From Monocercomonoides exilis PA203 (lineage: Eukaryota > Protista > Preaxostyla): 64,000 nt of DNA. Every line of letters begins with the position of its first letter. The stretch's first letter is position 1. The DNA lies in contig LSRY02000014.1 in NCBI GenBank assembly GCA_001643675.2, positions 1,426,001-1,490,000 of the forward strand. Direction: 5' to 3'. Shown piece by piece: positions 12,769 to 25,406 of the stretch. The translations under genes were made by a program, and so were the position numbers. The notes beneath the pieces are model-generated. The model did no database searches and was not told where the DNA came from. It saw only the letters and a program-made list of their open reading frames with translations.

Positions 12769-15700
12769 ATGAATGAAATAAACAATGCGGCTCGTGCCGC
12801 TAGAAAGGAAAAATACAGTTTGATTCAAAAAATAAAATAAAATACATTTATTGACCTTTAATGTGTTTTTAATAATTCTTTGTTTACCATCGAATTATTT
12901 TCAATTTTGAAAGAAATTAATTCTGTTGAAGAACTTGATTTATATGAATCGAACATGCTAATGAACCCAAGCATAATATCAGTTAATTATTCTGTTTCAC
13001 AAATGGGTGATCCATTACCAATGACACCTTCAATTATGAAAAGAATATGTGAAGGATTTAGTACAAGCCGTTCAGCCACTCATTTGGAAATATGCAACGT
13101 TAAAATTACAATAGAAGCTATTGAGCAAATGCATCCATTGTTTGAACCACACACACATCTTTGTTCCCTTCAGCTTCGAGAATGTGAGTTTGTCTGAGAT
13201 TTTTTATATTCTCTTTTTATCCTTTGATAAAGTTTGACGGATGATGCTATTGTCTCGCTATGCGCTCTTATTTTAGCGAGCGGGCATAGAAGGATACGAC
13301 ATCTAGATTTAAGCGGGAATTATCTGGGCAAGCAAACAACAAATGCGCCCAGACAACAATACGACTCTTCACCAGGAACGAAAGTTTTTCATTTTATTTT
13401 TTTGTAAAAATTATTTTTTAAACATCGTAATGTAGATATTAGTTCGCCTTTTAGCAGATAAATTCGTGACGCTTTCTTCAGTTGATCTTTCAAACAATCC
13501 ATTAGGTAACTTTGGAATACTTGCAATTTCTCAGGTTCTTCCACACACTTCACTTCGAGAACTGCGGTTAAGCAACATTCATTTAACTCCAAAAGGATTT
13601 GCTTGCTTTGTGAGAACACTTCGCTATGCCTCATCGCTATGCCTTTTGGATATATCTCACAATATTCTTGGATATTCTGCTCTTATGCCTTTCTTTGACA
13701 TTCTCCCCAAAACAGAACTTCTTTCAATAAATTTGAGAGGTGTGTTAGTCTATTTTTAGAATGACTTCACGATTATTTAATTTTTTGAACTTTGCGCACA
13801 ATCTTCAATGAAACTGATTTCATTGTGCAAAAACAATTGAAAAAAACGTAAGATACCAAAATGGATAGTATCGCTTTGATGGCACTGGGAAGTTCTCTAA
13901 AGGATAATTCTACGCTTTTGACTTTGGACATTTCAGGTATTCTCTCTCTTTTTTGATGTGAATAATATTCGTTTTTTGATATCATTAATTTAATCAATTT
14001 TTTTCTTTAAAAATAAATTTATTGCCATAATTTAATATGAATTTGCTGCTATTCGAAAAACCCGCACGTTCATATAAGAAAACCAAGTCTCAAAGGAATC
14101 TGCAATTGTTTTCTGCAATTTCCTCAAAACAAACACTTCATTACAAAATCTGACTTGCACAAGTTTGACTCATTTTTTCCTCTTCGCCTCCTTGCAGTAC
14201 TTTTTTTTCTCAATAATTTTCTATTCTAATCTTTCTACGTAACATTTTGAAAACTGACCATGCGAACAGACATGTCACTTGATTCTCTTCTTTCATTTGT
14301 TGCCTTTGCAAACAACTCCAAAACTGGAATAGACGACATCCCAATTCGGCAAGTGAATCCACTGAAGCACGATTCTATTAGCTCTGTGTCAACAAAGAAA
14401 TACTGGACAAAGCTTGGCTTCTGCTGGACGGGCCTTCTATTTCTCGCTCTCACTCTCATTTTTCAGATTGTTGAAGACACTTTTGTTTGCTTTCATCCAT
14501 TTTTATTAATGTGATTTTGAACTTTTTTCCTTCCATTCTTTTTTTGCAAATAAATAAATTTCTCATTTTTCCTTTTCAGGACATTCTGACTATAATTCAC
14601 TTCTTTTCAAATGGTGCAGTTGCTTGGGGTGTTATTGGAACCGTGTTTACAACACTTTCTTCAATCTTCAGTTTTATCTACCATTTCATTGCTTCCACGA
14701 AGAAAAGGCGAAAAAGGTATTGGGCTTCATTCCTTTATCTGATTTTGCTGGGTCAATCTGCTGACACTATTGCTTTAATATGGAAAACAAAAGGCATGCA
14801 TGCATATAAATTAACTAGTTTTTAGAAGATAATGTTATCTTATAAAATTTTTTTAAATTTGATCAGGCAATTGGGAGGAGATTCAAGAGCCAGTGAAAGA
14901 CGATGATATCATTCACATACACACAATTCGCACTATTAATTTGATAAAGTCGATAACAAAGCAGATACCACTGATGATATTAGATGGCTGCTATTTATTC
15001 GCTCTCAATAAGACAACATTCTCTGCTGTCTATCTGTCTTTCTTTGCAGCCACCCTTGGGATTACTTGGTCGTTTACAAATTACCTTTGCATTGTTATGA
15101 CTAAAAGGTTTGGACATTTGAACATTCGCTTTTGAATTTGGAATTATGAATATATTTTTTCCAATTTTCGATATCTTTTCTGCTTCATTTTGAATATTAT
15201 TCACTTTAATTAAGATCAAAATTTTTTGTAGAAACACAAGAAGACACAATCTTCGGTAAGTTTCGCACATTCTTATATGGATTTTTGTCTTTATCACACC
15301 AAATCTTGAGAATTATGATAACTGCCTCGAGAAGCTCGTGGAATATCGTGTTTTACATTATCATCGCAATTTGCTATTATTGGTTATTTTTCTTGATTTC
15401 TCAGCGTGTTATTGGCAACAAGTTTTTCATGTTCATTGTTCGCTCCTTTGTACTATCAGTTCTTTCCAATTGTTTCTATGGAGATATCGTGCTGTGTTCT
15501 TTCAGAGGCAGAATAGAATTCAGCAAAAAAAGCAGATATATTCCTCGAGCTGTAACTGTTGTTGTGGATGTTATTGCTTTTTTCTCTCGCACTTGCATCA
15601 TGTTTGTTTGTATGATTGCCATGCAAAGAGAAACAACTTCATTCAGAGTCTTGTTGGTATCAATTGTCGTCTTTCTTGATTTTGCAATGATTCCGATACG

Positions 15701-16001
15701 CACTGCATCAGAAGTGAATGGAGCTTCTTTAATCCAAAGGAAGAGCACAGAAACAAAGTACAGAAAGATGAATAAATCAAAATATGTTTACGACGGTCAG
15801 AGCACTTCTTCATCAGGCACATACGATGCCACAAGAAGTGACAGAGTTATGGATTTTCCAACACACACTAATATTTCTGAAAGTGATTCAGATCTCAGAC
15901 TTCTTCTTGACGAAACCACAATAACGATACAAGATCCTGAAACTGAAGATGATGCTATGGAAGAAGATTTTACATTTAATCGGAATGAATTTCACATTTA
16001 A
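12769..16001 (+). CDS. RNI-like leucine-rich-repeat protein fused to a multi-pass membrane domain resembling the XK/Xkr family; start uncertain
   Basis: LRR exons include LSSVDLSNNPLGNFG, LRELRLSNIHLTPKG, LLDISHNILG and TLLTLDIS. Phase-compatible introns join ...NTSLQNLTCT-N-MSLDS (intron 14163-14269) to hydrophobic exons, which end at TAA 16001. Confidence 0.7.
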
Positions 16002-16440
16002 GTGAAAGTACTTACAAATAATATTAAAAACTGTTCATTTCATTCATGTTTATATTCACCTTACATTTCTGTAATTGATTTTTATGTATGTTGAAAGTTA
16101 TTATGTGTTGAATTTTTATTTATTTAATCTTGCTTTAAATGTTTATTCAATTATCAAAGCAAAATTACAACTTCTTGTAATAATGAAATAAAAGAATGAA
16201 CAAAAATAATTTTCAGTCTTTCACTTAATAACTTAAAGAATGCGAATATAAAACAAAAAAATAAAATAAGGGAGAAAAATTACATTCAACACAAGTTTTG
16301 AAATGTTAATTGATTGAGAAACAACAATCCAAATAAAATTCTTCATGGTCTAATTGCCAGACAGAAAAAAATCATTCAATAAGAGGCACTACTGTTTTTT
16401 TTAAACATAAAGAAATCCAATTTTCAAAAATCATCAAAGA

Positions 16441-18398
16441 TCAGCCAACTTCTTTCATCTTTTCTCTTCCGATTGAAAGTATTTCTTCTTCATCACTAGC
16501 AGAAAGATGAGTGTTACGAACATCTATCATTCTTAAAACGTCTCCATTCAAAGCTTCAACAAACAACTTTTTTGGTGCTCCATGTAAATCATTGCAACTA
16601 ATATCCAACGAACGAAGAGTGGGATGGTTTCTTAATGCCTGAAGCAGAGTAGCTATTGAGGCAACTGTGATTTCATTGGATGAGATATTCAGAGAAGTGA
16701 GTGTGGTGTTTTCTGTCAAGCCTCTGCACATCGCTAAAATTCCTTCATCTTTGAGAGCATTCAGCTTCAAATTAAGAACAGTCAATGATTTGTTATGTGC
16801 AAGAATCAATCCAAAAAGATTTCCACAATCCGAACCAAACTGCAGCATTTTACATGAATTTAATCATCATTACATACAAAGAAATAGAGAAATTCGCGAT
16901 TATGAAAAATTCAGTATTTTAATAAGTCGAGATACAAAATCAATAAAGTGAAAAAATAAATAATCAAAAATTATCAAAACCTTATTATTTTCCAAGTTGA
17001 GTACAGAAAGAATAGGATTCGATTTTGGATGAAGACATTGAGAAAGGGAATTCAAAGCATCGTAAGAAAGTTCATTGTGCGAAATATCTTTAAAAAAAAA
17101 GTTAATTATTTATTTATACGATAATGATACACAAATCAAATGAAATAGAAAACATTCATATAAATAAACAAAAGTGAGCAAAATACCTAACTGTGTAATT
17201 GTTCGATTTTCAAGAAGGCCAAACGAAAGTATTTTGACATGTTTATTTTGTAAGGAGTTATTTGACAGGCATAAAGAAGTGAGGTGTGACTGTGGAAGAG
17301 CTTCTCTCCATCTTTGGCAATCTGTCGCTGTTGGGCCTTCTTCGCTGTCTGAAGCAGAATAAGTCATCCCTGAAGATAATGGACTGATAAAAAAGCGAAA
17401 GCAATAACATATCATGAAACAATTAAAAAAAAAGGGTTTTCAGTTAAATTGTTTGTAATTAATCAAAAAAGATAAGATTTTTAACCTGTATCGAACTGAT
17501 AATGAAATGAGATTTGTGAGATGAGTAATAAGAAGAATAGGATGCAAATGGGAAGGTAGCTGCTTGATATGAAGTGATGAAACAAAAGGAGCACCAATGT
17601 CAAATAGCATTATAAGCATAAGCATATCATCCAAAATAGCTTGAGACCCTGCTTCGCTTTGCCCAACAATCTTTGTGTGAAAAGGTTTAAGATCTTGCTT
17701 TTCGCAAATCTTTTTAGATAGTGATTTACTATTGGAAGATGATGAAACGAGTGTATGATTATGTTTTTCTGATGAAAGCTGAGAAAGAAGATTCCTTTTT
17801 TGAAAAGGATCTGCATATTGTTCAATACATTCGGAAATGAAACGCTCAAAATAATAGTTTTTATATCTTAAAGTTTTAGGACAATCTGTAACAGTCCATG
17901 TTGCTTCGCACCTCGCCTTCCAATATCTCTATAAAAAATCAAAAATTTCTAGTTTTCTTCCAGCGTAATGTAAAAAAATTTTACACACATCATCATCTAG
18001 AGCAAGAGCTGCAATTGAGAGATCAAGATCAGTTGGAATGCTTTTAATAAAAATTGGAAAATGCCTTGTCCAACATGACTGAGGGCTTAGAAAAAAATGA
18101 CTAATAAATTGCTTTTCTGCTTCCGGAGGAACCTTTTCTCCGAACTCATCAAGTGGAAGCAACCATTGAGGGATTGGTATCGTTGATTCAGCAAGAACCT
18201 CTTCGAATAACAAGAATTATGAAAAACATATTCGTTTTAAAACAAAAATTTTGTGAACGTAATACTCATGGTGACAAAAAAGTATATATGCGTACTGTCT
18301 AAATTTTCTCCAATGCAAATAGCACAAAGCTCGGATAGCGATGGAATAAAACCACTTGGCTTTGCATTAGGATGAAAACGTTGAATTGTTTGAGCCAT
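16441..18398 (-). CDS. TCTE1: Dynein regulatory complex subunit 5 (DRC5/TCTE1)-like LRR protein, multi-exon
   Basis: N-terminal IPSLSELCAICI, IPTDLDLSIAALALDDD/YWKARC, HIKQLPSHL and GMTY...TATDC, followed by RNI-type LRRs (LCLSNNSL, DISHNEL, LNLKLNALKDEG, LNISSNEI). This is the TCTE1 architecture. Confidence 0.75.
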
Positions 18399-18440
18399 AA
18401 AAAAAGTTGAGGTTTTAATGATCAAATAATTTTATGTTCT

Positions 18441-21400
18441 ATGCGTTTGTCGCATGAATTTTTGCTTATCGCGAAATTCCTGCTTATACTTCATTACAAT
18501 GAATTTTTATTTTGCAATTACGTTGACTGTTGTACTGAAACACACGGAATAAATGAAAACTTGCTAAAAGAGCAAATTAAAGTCTTATTGTTTGTATTAA
18601 AATATTTCACATTCTCTAAAATAAATTTTTATTACACACGCACGATATATATGTAATAATATTTATTCAATTTAAAATTAAACAAATTAGTTGCGTTATT
18701 GATTCAAATTGGGAAACTGTGAATTCCACACTTGAATTGAATGAAATACAATTTAATCAACGAAACATTTGTTCTGTATTCACTTTTACAAGTAATTCAA
18801 CAATTTTTTTATCGGATTGCACATTTTTACTCAGAGATACATCAAATAAAAGTGCTATCAATAACTTGAACAGTCATCTTCAATTGTTAAACGCATCACT
18901 TTCAATTTTTAGTCGCTCAAACGCACTAGAAACATTTATTACCTCACATGCAACCAGCTTATATGATTATCAGACTTTTGGAACTTTGTCTATAACTTCA
19001 TCAACCTTCACGTCTTTTATAACAGCAAATTCATTCATATCATCTCAAGCAATTGCATGTTTAACATTGCAACACAATAAATTTTCTAATTTAACAAGCG
19101 TGCCTTGTGCTGAGATTGACATTCCGAATTACTGCCATTGCACTTCTGTTATGGAAAGTAATCACTTTAATTCTGTGAGCAATATATTTTATGGGCAAAT
19201 TATTCGCTCAATCAATTCTCAATCTTGTGAACTGTCTTCGTTCAACAACACCTTTTCGTCATGTTCTCAGAACTTATATAATGGAAAAAAGAACGTGATA
19301 TATTCAAAGCAAATTATTTTGAAACAAAGTCATGAATTTGATTGTGATGAATGGGAAGATTGCATTTGTGAGAAAGACACGAAAGGGGGAGGTGGAATCA
19401 ATTTTTGTGAAAATATTCATGGAACCCTGTCAGTTAAAAATTGCCAGTTTAAAAGATGTACATCTGATGCTTCTGCCAATACTGAAGCATTAGACTCTTT
19501 GAACGCGAAATCTTTTACTGAACGAAATGGTGGAGCTATTCTCGTGGAGCATTGCGCCAGTTTTTATTTGAATTACACAGGCATTATTAACTGCACATCG
19601 TCACATTACGGAGGCGGAGTATGCGCTTGCAACATGATCGGAAATTCTTTTATTCAAAATTCTGATCTGATCGGATGTAAAGCCATATCCCATGGAGGCG
19701 GAGCATATTTCGATACAATGTGTGACACCTACTCACCAACACAGCAATTAAATCTGGTGTTGGGATGTAAATTCTTTAACTGCATCTGCTATGGAGACAA
19801 AGACACATTAGGTGGGTCAGGAGGAATCTCCTCATTTACACGCTCGCCTTCAACATACACGACAGTATTTTCAGTGTTTTCGAGATGTTTTGGTGGAACC
19901 GTTGGAGCTATTGAATGGGTGCTTCCCGTTGGTGCATTCGAATCAGTTAAAACTGTCCAAGATTGTTCCTTTAATTTCAATGAAGCTAAATATCACATTC
20001 AATCAGGTACTTCCACATTCACTCCAAATTTATTAGGAGACTCCATTTACCCAAACGACATTCTTTTGCATGATGATGATTTTTTCTTCAATTTTTCACT
20101 TCCGGTTTTATATTCGAATTCGCTTTCGAAAGAGCCTCGCGTTGCGCTTTCCTTTGGAAGAAGTCGACAGAGACTTGTGATCCACGATGAATGGTTACCT
20201 TTTCATTCGTCTTCGATTGAAATAGACGAGGTTCTTGGTGATAGCAGCGAAGAATGCGGACTTGAAGGATTTTCTCCGTGCAATGCTATTGAATTGGGCA
20301 TTAACCAAACAAAGAAATTTCAGTGTGGAGCAGTAACTTTGATGAAAGGAATTTTTCACGTTGGAACAAAAGGATTAAAATTTGACAGCAAAGCTTCAAA
20401 AATAACCGGAAATTTTGCAACCGATACAATTTTGAAAACTGTCTATTTTCAAGACAATTCCGAGCAAATTGGAATAATTTCTATTTCAGACACAGTTTCT
20501 CTGTTATATTTTTGTATTTCATATGACACAACCAAAAACTCCTCGCAACATTCGTATTTGATCTATTGCAATCCAAATTCGTCACTTACGCTATCTTTTA
20601 TAAATATACAACCCGATACGACTCTTTATGAAGCATTTCCACTTAAAAAGTCACTTATAAGAACAGATGGAGGAACATTATTAATTATAGGGAGCATTTT
20701 TCAAGATTTGCAATTTGAAGGCCAAAGTCTATTTGAATTAAATCATAATCAAAATTCTGGTCATATTTATCTGACGTTAGATCGTTTTAATTGCACAAAC
20801 ATAAAAAACATACGAAATGGCTCTGTTTTATTCTCAGCTCAATCTCATTTTAACGTAACTGTATCAAATTGCGAATTTTGCAATTTTTCTTCAGTTGGAG
20901 AAACAAAAGGAGGAGCATTTTACGCAAACTTTTCACATGATGAGGATCTTGCGATTAATCAGAGTTCTTTCACAAGATGCATTATTTCTCAACAGGAATA
21001 CGACACTTCTACCAAAAGCTTCTCGACAGATCCAACATCCAGCCAATTACATGATATGTCTAATAAGCAATCCCACAGAAAATGCGATTGCACATTGAAA
21101 AACAATCAGCCCAAAGGAAGAGGAGGGGCAATGTATTTATCAATGCCTTCTTTGCTTCCGTTGACACAATTACCTCCACTGACTTTTTCATCTGTGAAGT
21201 TTAGAGGGAATTCTGCCTTTGAAGGTCATAACATTTTTATTGTTATGAAGAATTTTGAAAGAATATCATCATATTGGATCGAAGCATTTTACGAGATTGA
21301 ATTTCCAGCAGAGGAAAACGGTAGAAGTCTTTTTGGATGCACATCAGAGGATTGCGAAGCTGGATTGAATTTGTATTCCATCTGGATCAGAAAAGAGAAA

Positions 21401-24400
21401 ATAGCTTATGTGAATGGAGACCCCCAAAGAGGGAAAGATTGGATGATGTGCAGCTCTGAGGAACAGCCTTGCTCAACACTTTTAGAAGCGAAAAGTCATT
21501 TTGTCTCTGATAATTGCGATATGAAATCAATTATCATTCAAAATTATATATCTCAAAACTCGCATATTGATTTAGGTGGATATTGCATTCAAAAAGCTGA
21601 AAATCTGTCTTTATCTGAGTTTATCTTGTCTTTGAATGAAAGGACAGAAGAAGATTGCTGCATTAGTAATATTAATAATCCTCTATGCATTAGTGGAATG
21701 AGCATTATGTTTTCCTCAAACGCTCCTTGCAATTCAGTGTTTCATTCAGAGAACAGCATATTTTCACTTTACAATGGACGATTTTCTGAACGGAAAGACT
21801 CTTCGTTTTCAGTTGATCATTTTTCTTCATCTCAGCCATTTAAGAATACTGGACCAAAAGCAAAATTAACGTCAGAGTTATCATATCCATCGGTATCTTC
21901 ATTTCTGATTGTTGTAAATGGGAAATGCGAAATTACAACATTCGAAATCGATAAGGTTAATTTTCAATGTTCGTTAATACGTTGCCTCTTTTCGGAGAAA
22001 CAAAATTCCATTGATCAAGTGATATTTATTGGAGCGAATTTTTCTAACGTTCATCTGAACAACGGAAGCATTCTAATGATTGAACCACAAAATGATATAA
22101 CAAAAAATGGGGAGCAAGACATTGGAGAATCAGATTCTTTCGTTCGAAAAATAATTATGAGTCGTTGCACATTCCTAAGTGTTGTATCAGATTCGAATTT
22201 TTCAGCAGTCTTTTATCCGATTTCATTAAATTCCAATGATAAGTATTCGTTTGAGACTTCTTCGAATAACTCAGATTGTTTGATGCCATTTCAGAAGGAA
22301 AAAGCATTTTTGCCTATTTCGCTTTGTATTACAGATTGCACTTTTGGACTGTGCTATTCGCGAATGGCTAAAAAAGGAGGGTTGTTTTTTGTTCCGATTT
22401 ACCGAAGCTCCCATCTCTTTTTCTCAAACTGTCGCTTTTGTCATTGCTTAGAATATGAATCAAACAGTGTTTTCAAGCAATTCAATGAGAAATACCAAAA
22501 TAAGTCTTCCAATGAGCTCGGTTGTAACACTGATTCATTTGCAAGGTATATAAACATCCTTTTTGAACAGGAATCTCAGGGACGCATATTTGAGAAGAAT
22601 TGTGGTCTTTCTTCTTTCATGAATATCGAACATTCTAATGATTTAATAAATTATTCCACAAAATCTTCATTTGGAGTTATTTGCTATGCTTTGTGCGTTG
22701 AAGAAGCACCAAATGTGCAGCTTGATTCAATAATTACAATAGATCATCCATCACATGCACATGGCTTGTTTTTCATTCATGCTCCGTCTATAACTTCAAT
22801 TGCGAACCATTCATCATTCAGATTTTTTAAAACAGCAGATACAATTTTAGTACACACTCTTTGCGCCACAGAAAAAGATGATGATTTATTTGTTGATATC
22901 CTTTCTTCTTATTGGGCATTAGACTTTACAACAAAGGTTTTTGTTTCATCAGACGGTACTTACGATCGCAAATGCGGAATTCAGCAGACAACCGCCTGTA
23001 AGTTATTTAGAGATGCGATGGATCACCTCAAAGTCGACAAAGAAGTGCAAGTTGTCGTTGTAAATGAGGTAGAAATTCTGGAACAAACAAGTCTTCAAAA
23101 TGCCGTCGTTTGCTCCTTAAACAAGAGAGCAACTCTATTAATAAATTACAATCAAAAAACAGAGAATGTGAAAGATACGGCAGTTATTCTGTCAGTTGGC
23201 TCATTATCCATTGAATCTATTGATGTTGCTTGCTCATTACAATTAATGCCCGATAATATATTTTCTGGTGCCTTTTTGTGTGTGGGAGGATCTTTAACAC
23301 TTACAAATGTTACATTTCGGTTATCTTCCAAGTTGGAAGATGCTTATCGTTCGGAATCTCAGCAAGATCAATCACTTCCTTCTGTTCTGATATGCTCTTT
23401 TTGCACATCAATTCATATTATTGAATCACAATTTGTATCAATTATACGAAATGGAACAGGTCCAAGCGTTCTTCAACATGAAAGCACAACCAATTTTGAT
23501 GCAGATTTATCAATCTCTGCAAATAATACTATGTTTTATCAGTGCTCATCTTTTGAATGCGAAGGGGCAGTAGCTCACATTGAAGGAAAATCGTCGATCA
23601 TTTTTGAAGGATGCAATTTTATTGGGCTTCTTGACCAACCAAAAGAGAATTCTGTTCTTTCCACATTTAAACAGAGTGCAATTAATAAAACTCATGAAAA
23701 TGATTGCAACATAACGCAATTCAATCAAAAGCCAAATGAGCAAAGCGGAATGTGCGAATGGGAATCTTCAATGGTTTATGTTTTTGGTTCAAACAGTCTG
23801 GATGTGATAAATTCAAATTTTTCGAATTCGTCTCTTGGCGCGTTGACGGTCATAAACACTGATTCTGTTGAAATTAATGATTGTTGCTTTTTTGATAACT
23901 CTCCACATTTTGCAGCCTTTCCTTCAGTTCGGAGGAATGCACACATCCGAGGAGCGAAATCTTGTTTACTGAAAAATTTAAAATTTCCAAAAGATTTAAT
24001 AGAAAGCGGAGCTTCATCATACGGAGATAACAATGATCGCATCCACTCTTTTCTTGAAGAACAGTTATCTCCAGAAAGACAGAAATTTGCCCCTATGTGG
24101 TTCAAATTGGAAGATACGATATTAGAAGGAAATTATCCAGAAAACCATCCATTTTTTTTCGTTCCTCAACTTCACCGAGCTGTGCTACAAATCAGTAAGA
24201 AAGGAAAACATTTGAAATTTTATGGAGATCTTCTTTTGCCCTGCCAAACACAATTTTTGATATCCATTCAGAAAAAGGCAAGTTCAAGCAATTTTCCTTC
24301 TGATGTATTGTTCCGTTCATCTTTTTTCACAATGCACAACAACACTCGTCATACACAGAATCTAATTCATCCATCAACGTCTCCATTAGTTCAATCTGAT

Positions 24401-24973
24401 AGAAGCGAAGTTACTTGGACAGAGGTATCTGCAACAGTATTGAACGAATCTTACGCAACATCTGACACAGACATAATCCCCTTTTCGTCTACAACACACG
24501 AACTATTGGTGAAAATGTTAGTAATGGAAACATCAAACTTCTCTTTGGAAACACCAACAATCGTCGCACAAATATTGTATGATGACTCTGACACCAGTAA
24601 AGACGATAACAAATCAAAAGTCATTCTCATAGTGTGCGTTTGCATTGGAGTTGTTTTTACTTTGGGAGGAGGGATAATCATAGTTGTTGGAATTGTGTTG
24701 AGAAAGAGGAAAATTAAGAAAATGAAGCTTTCGCAATCGGTTATAGCAGATTATCGTCCCATAAACGCTGATGATTTTTATTTTTCTGGTTCAGCTAATT
24801 TCCCCAATAGGATGCTTTTGTCACCTTTGCATAGATATTATTGCTATAGCCTGGACTCTGATTCGAGCACAACAAATAAGCACGTAATGAATAGATCATC
24901 TCACAAAAACAGGCAAACAAAACTTCCAACATTGCCACAAGATTGCCAGCAACCAAATATGGAGGAAGATTAA
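18441..24973 (+). CDS. Very large type I membrane/surface protein with beta-helix (pectin-lyase/Pmp-like) GGA-repeat ectodomain
   Basis: A 2,084-codon uninterrupted exon carries repeated F..C...GG(A/G)(I/V/F) motifs, G.D...CG....PC motifs and one TM helix (VILIVCVCIGVVFTLGGGIIIVVGIVL) followed by RKRK. A signal-peptide-like exon 1 from ATG 18441 joins through a phase-2 GTTTGT...AG intron ending at 18690. Confidence 0.85.
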
Positions 24974-25406
24974 TCTCATACACATTCATCAACAGATAAC
25001 AATAGAAATTATTAAATTCTTCATATATTAAATGTGAATATTTATTTAAATTCATTCTTTATGTATAAATGTATTTATGTTTTTGTTATATGCAGTTTAA
25101 CTTTTTTCATTTTTAAAAAAATGAATATGCATTTTTCCTAATAATTTTGAAGATAAAAGAAAGAGAAAATGATTTCAATATTTATGATCAAATAATAAAT
25201 AATAATAACTTTGATTCGTTATCATATCCTCTTTGCTTTACAGTGTAAATATAAATGTAAAAATAGCTCTACAGTGAACGACATATTTTAAAAACAGTTT
25301 GTCTATCTCTTCTTTTTATCTCTTCTGTCAAAATTTTGTTTGCTTTTATCTTATCTTTTTGTTTATTGATATTTCTTTTCAACTTTCGTTAAAAATATAG
25401 TTAACG

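Noticed and set aside
14794-14866. Candidate GC-AG intron (G|GCATGC) in the LRR-XK gene
   Set aside because: An in-phase canonical GT donor at 14818 gives a 49-nt intron, a size similar to another predicted intron here, so a non-canonical donor is not needed without RNA data.
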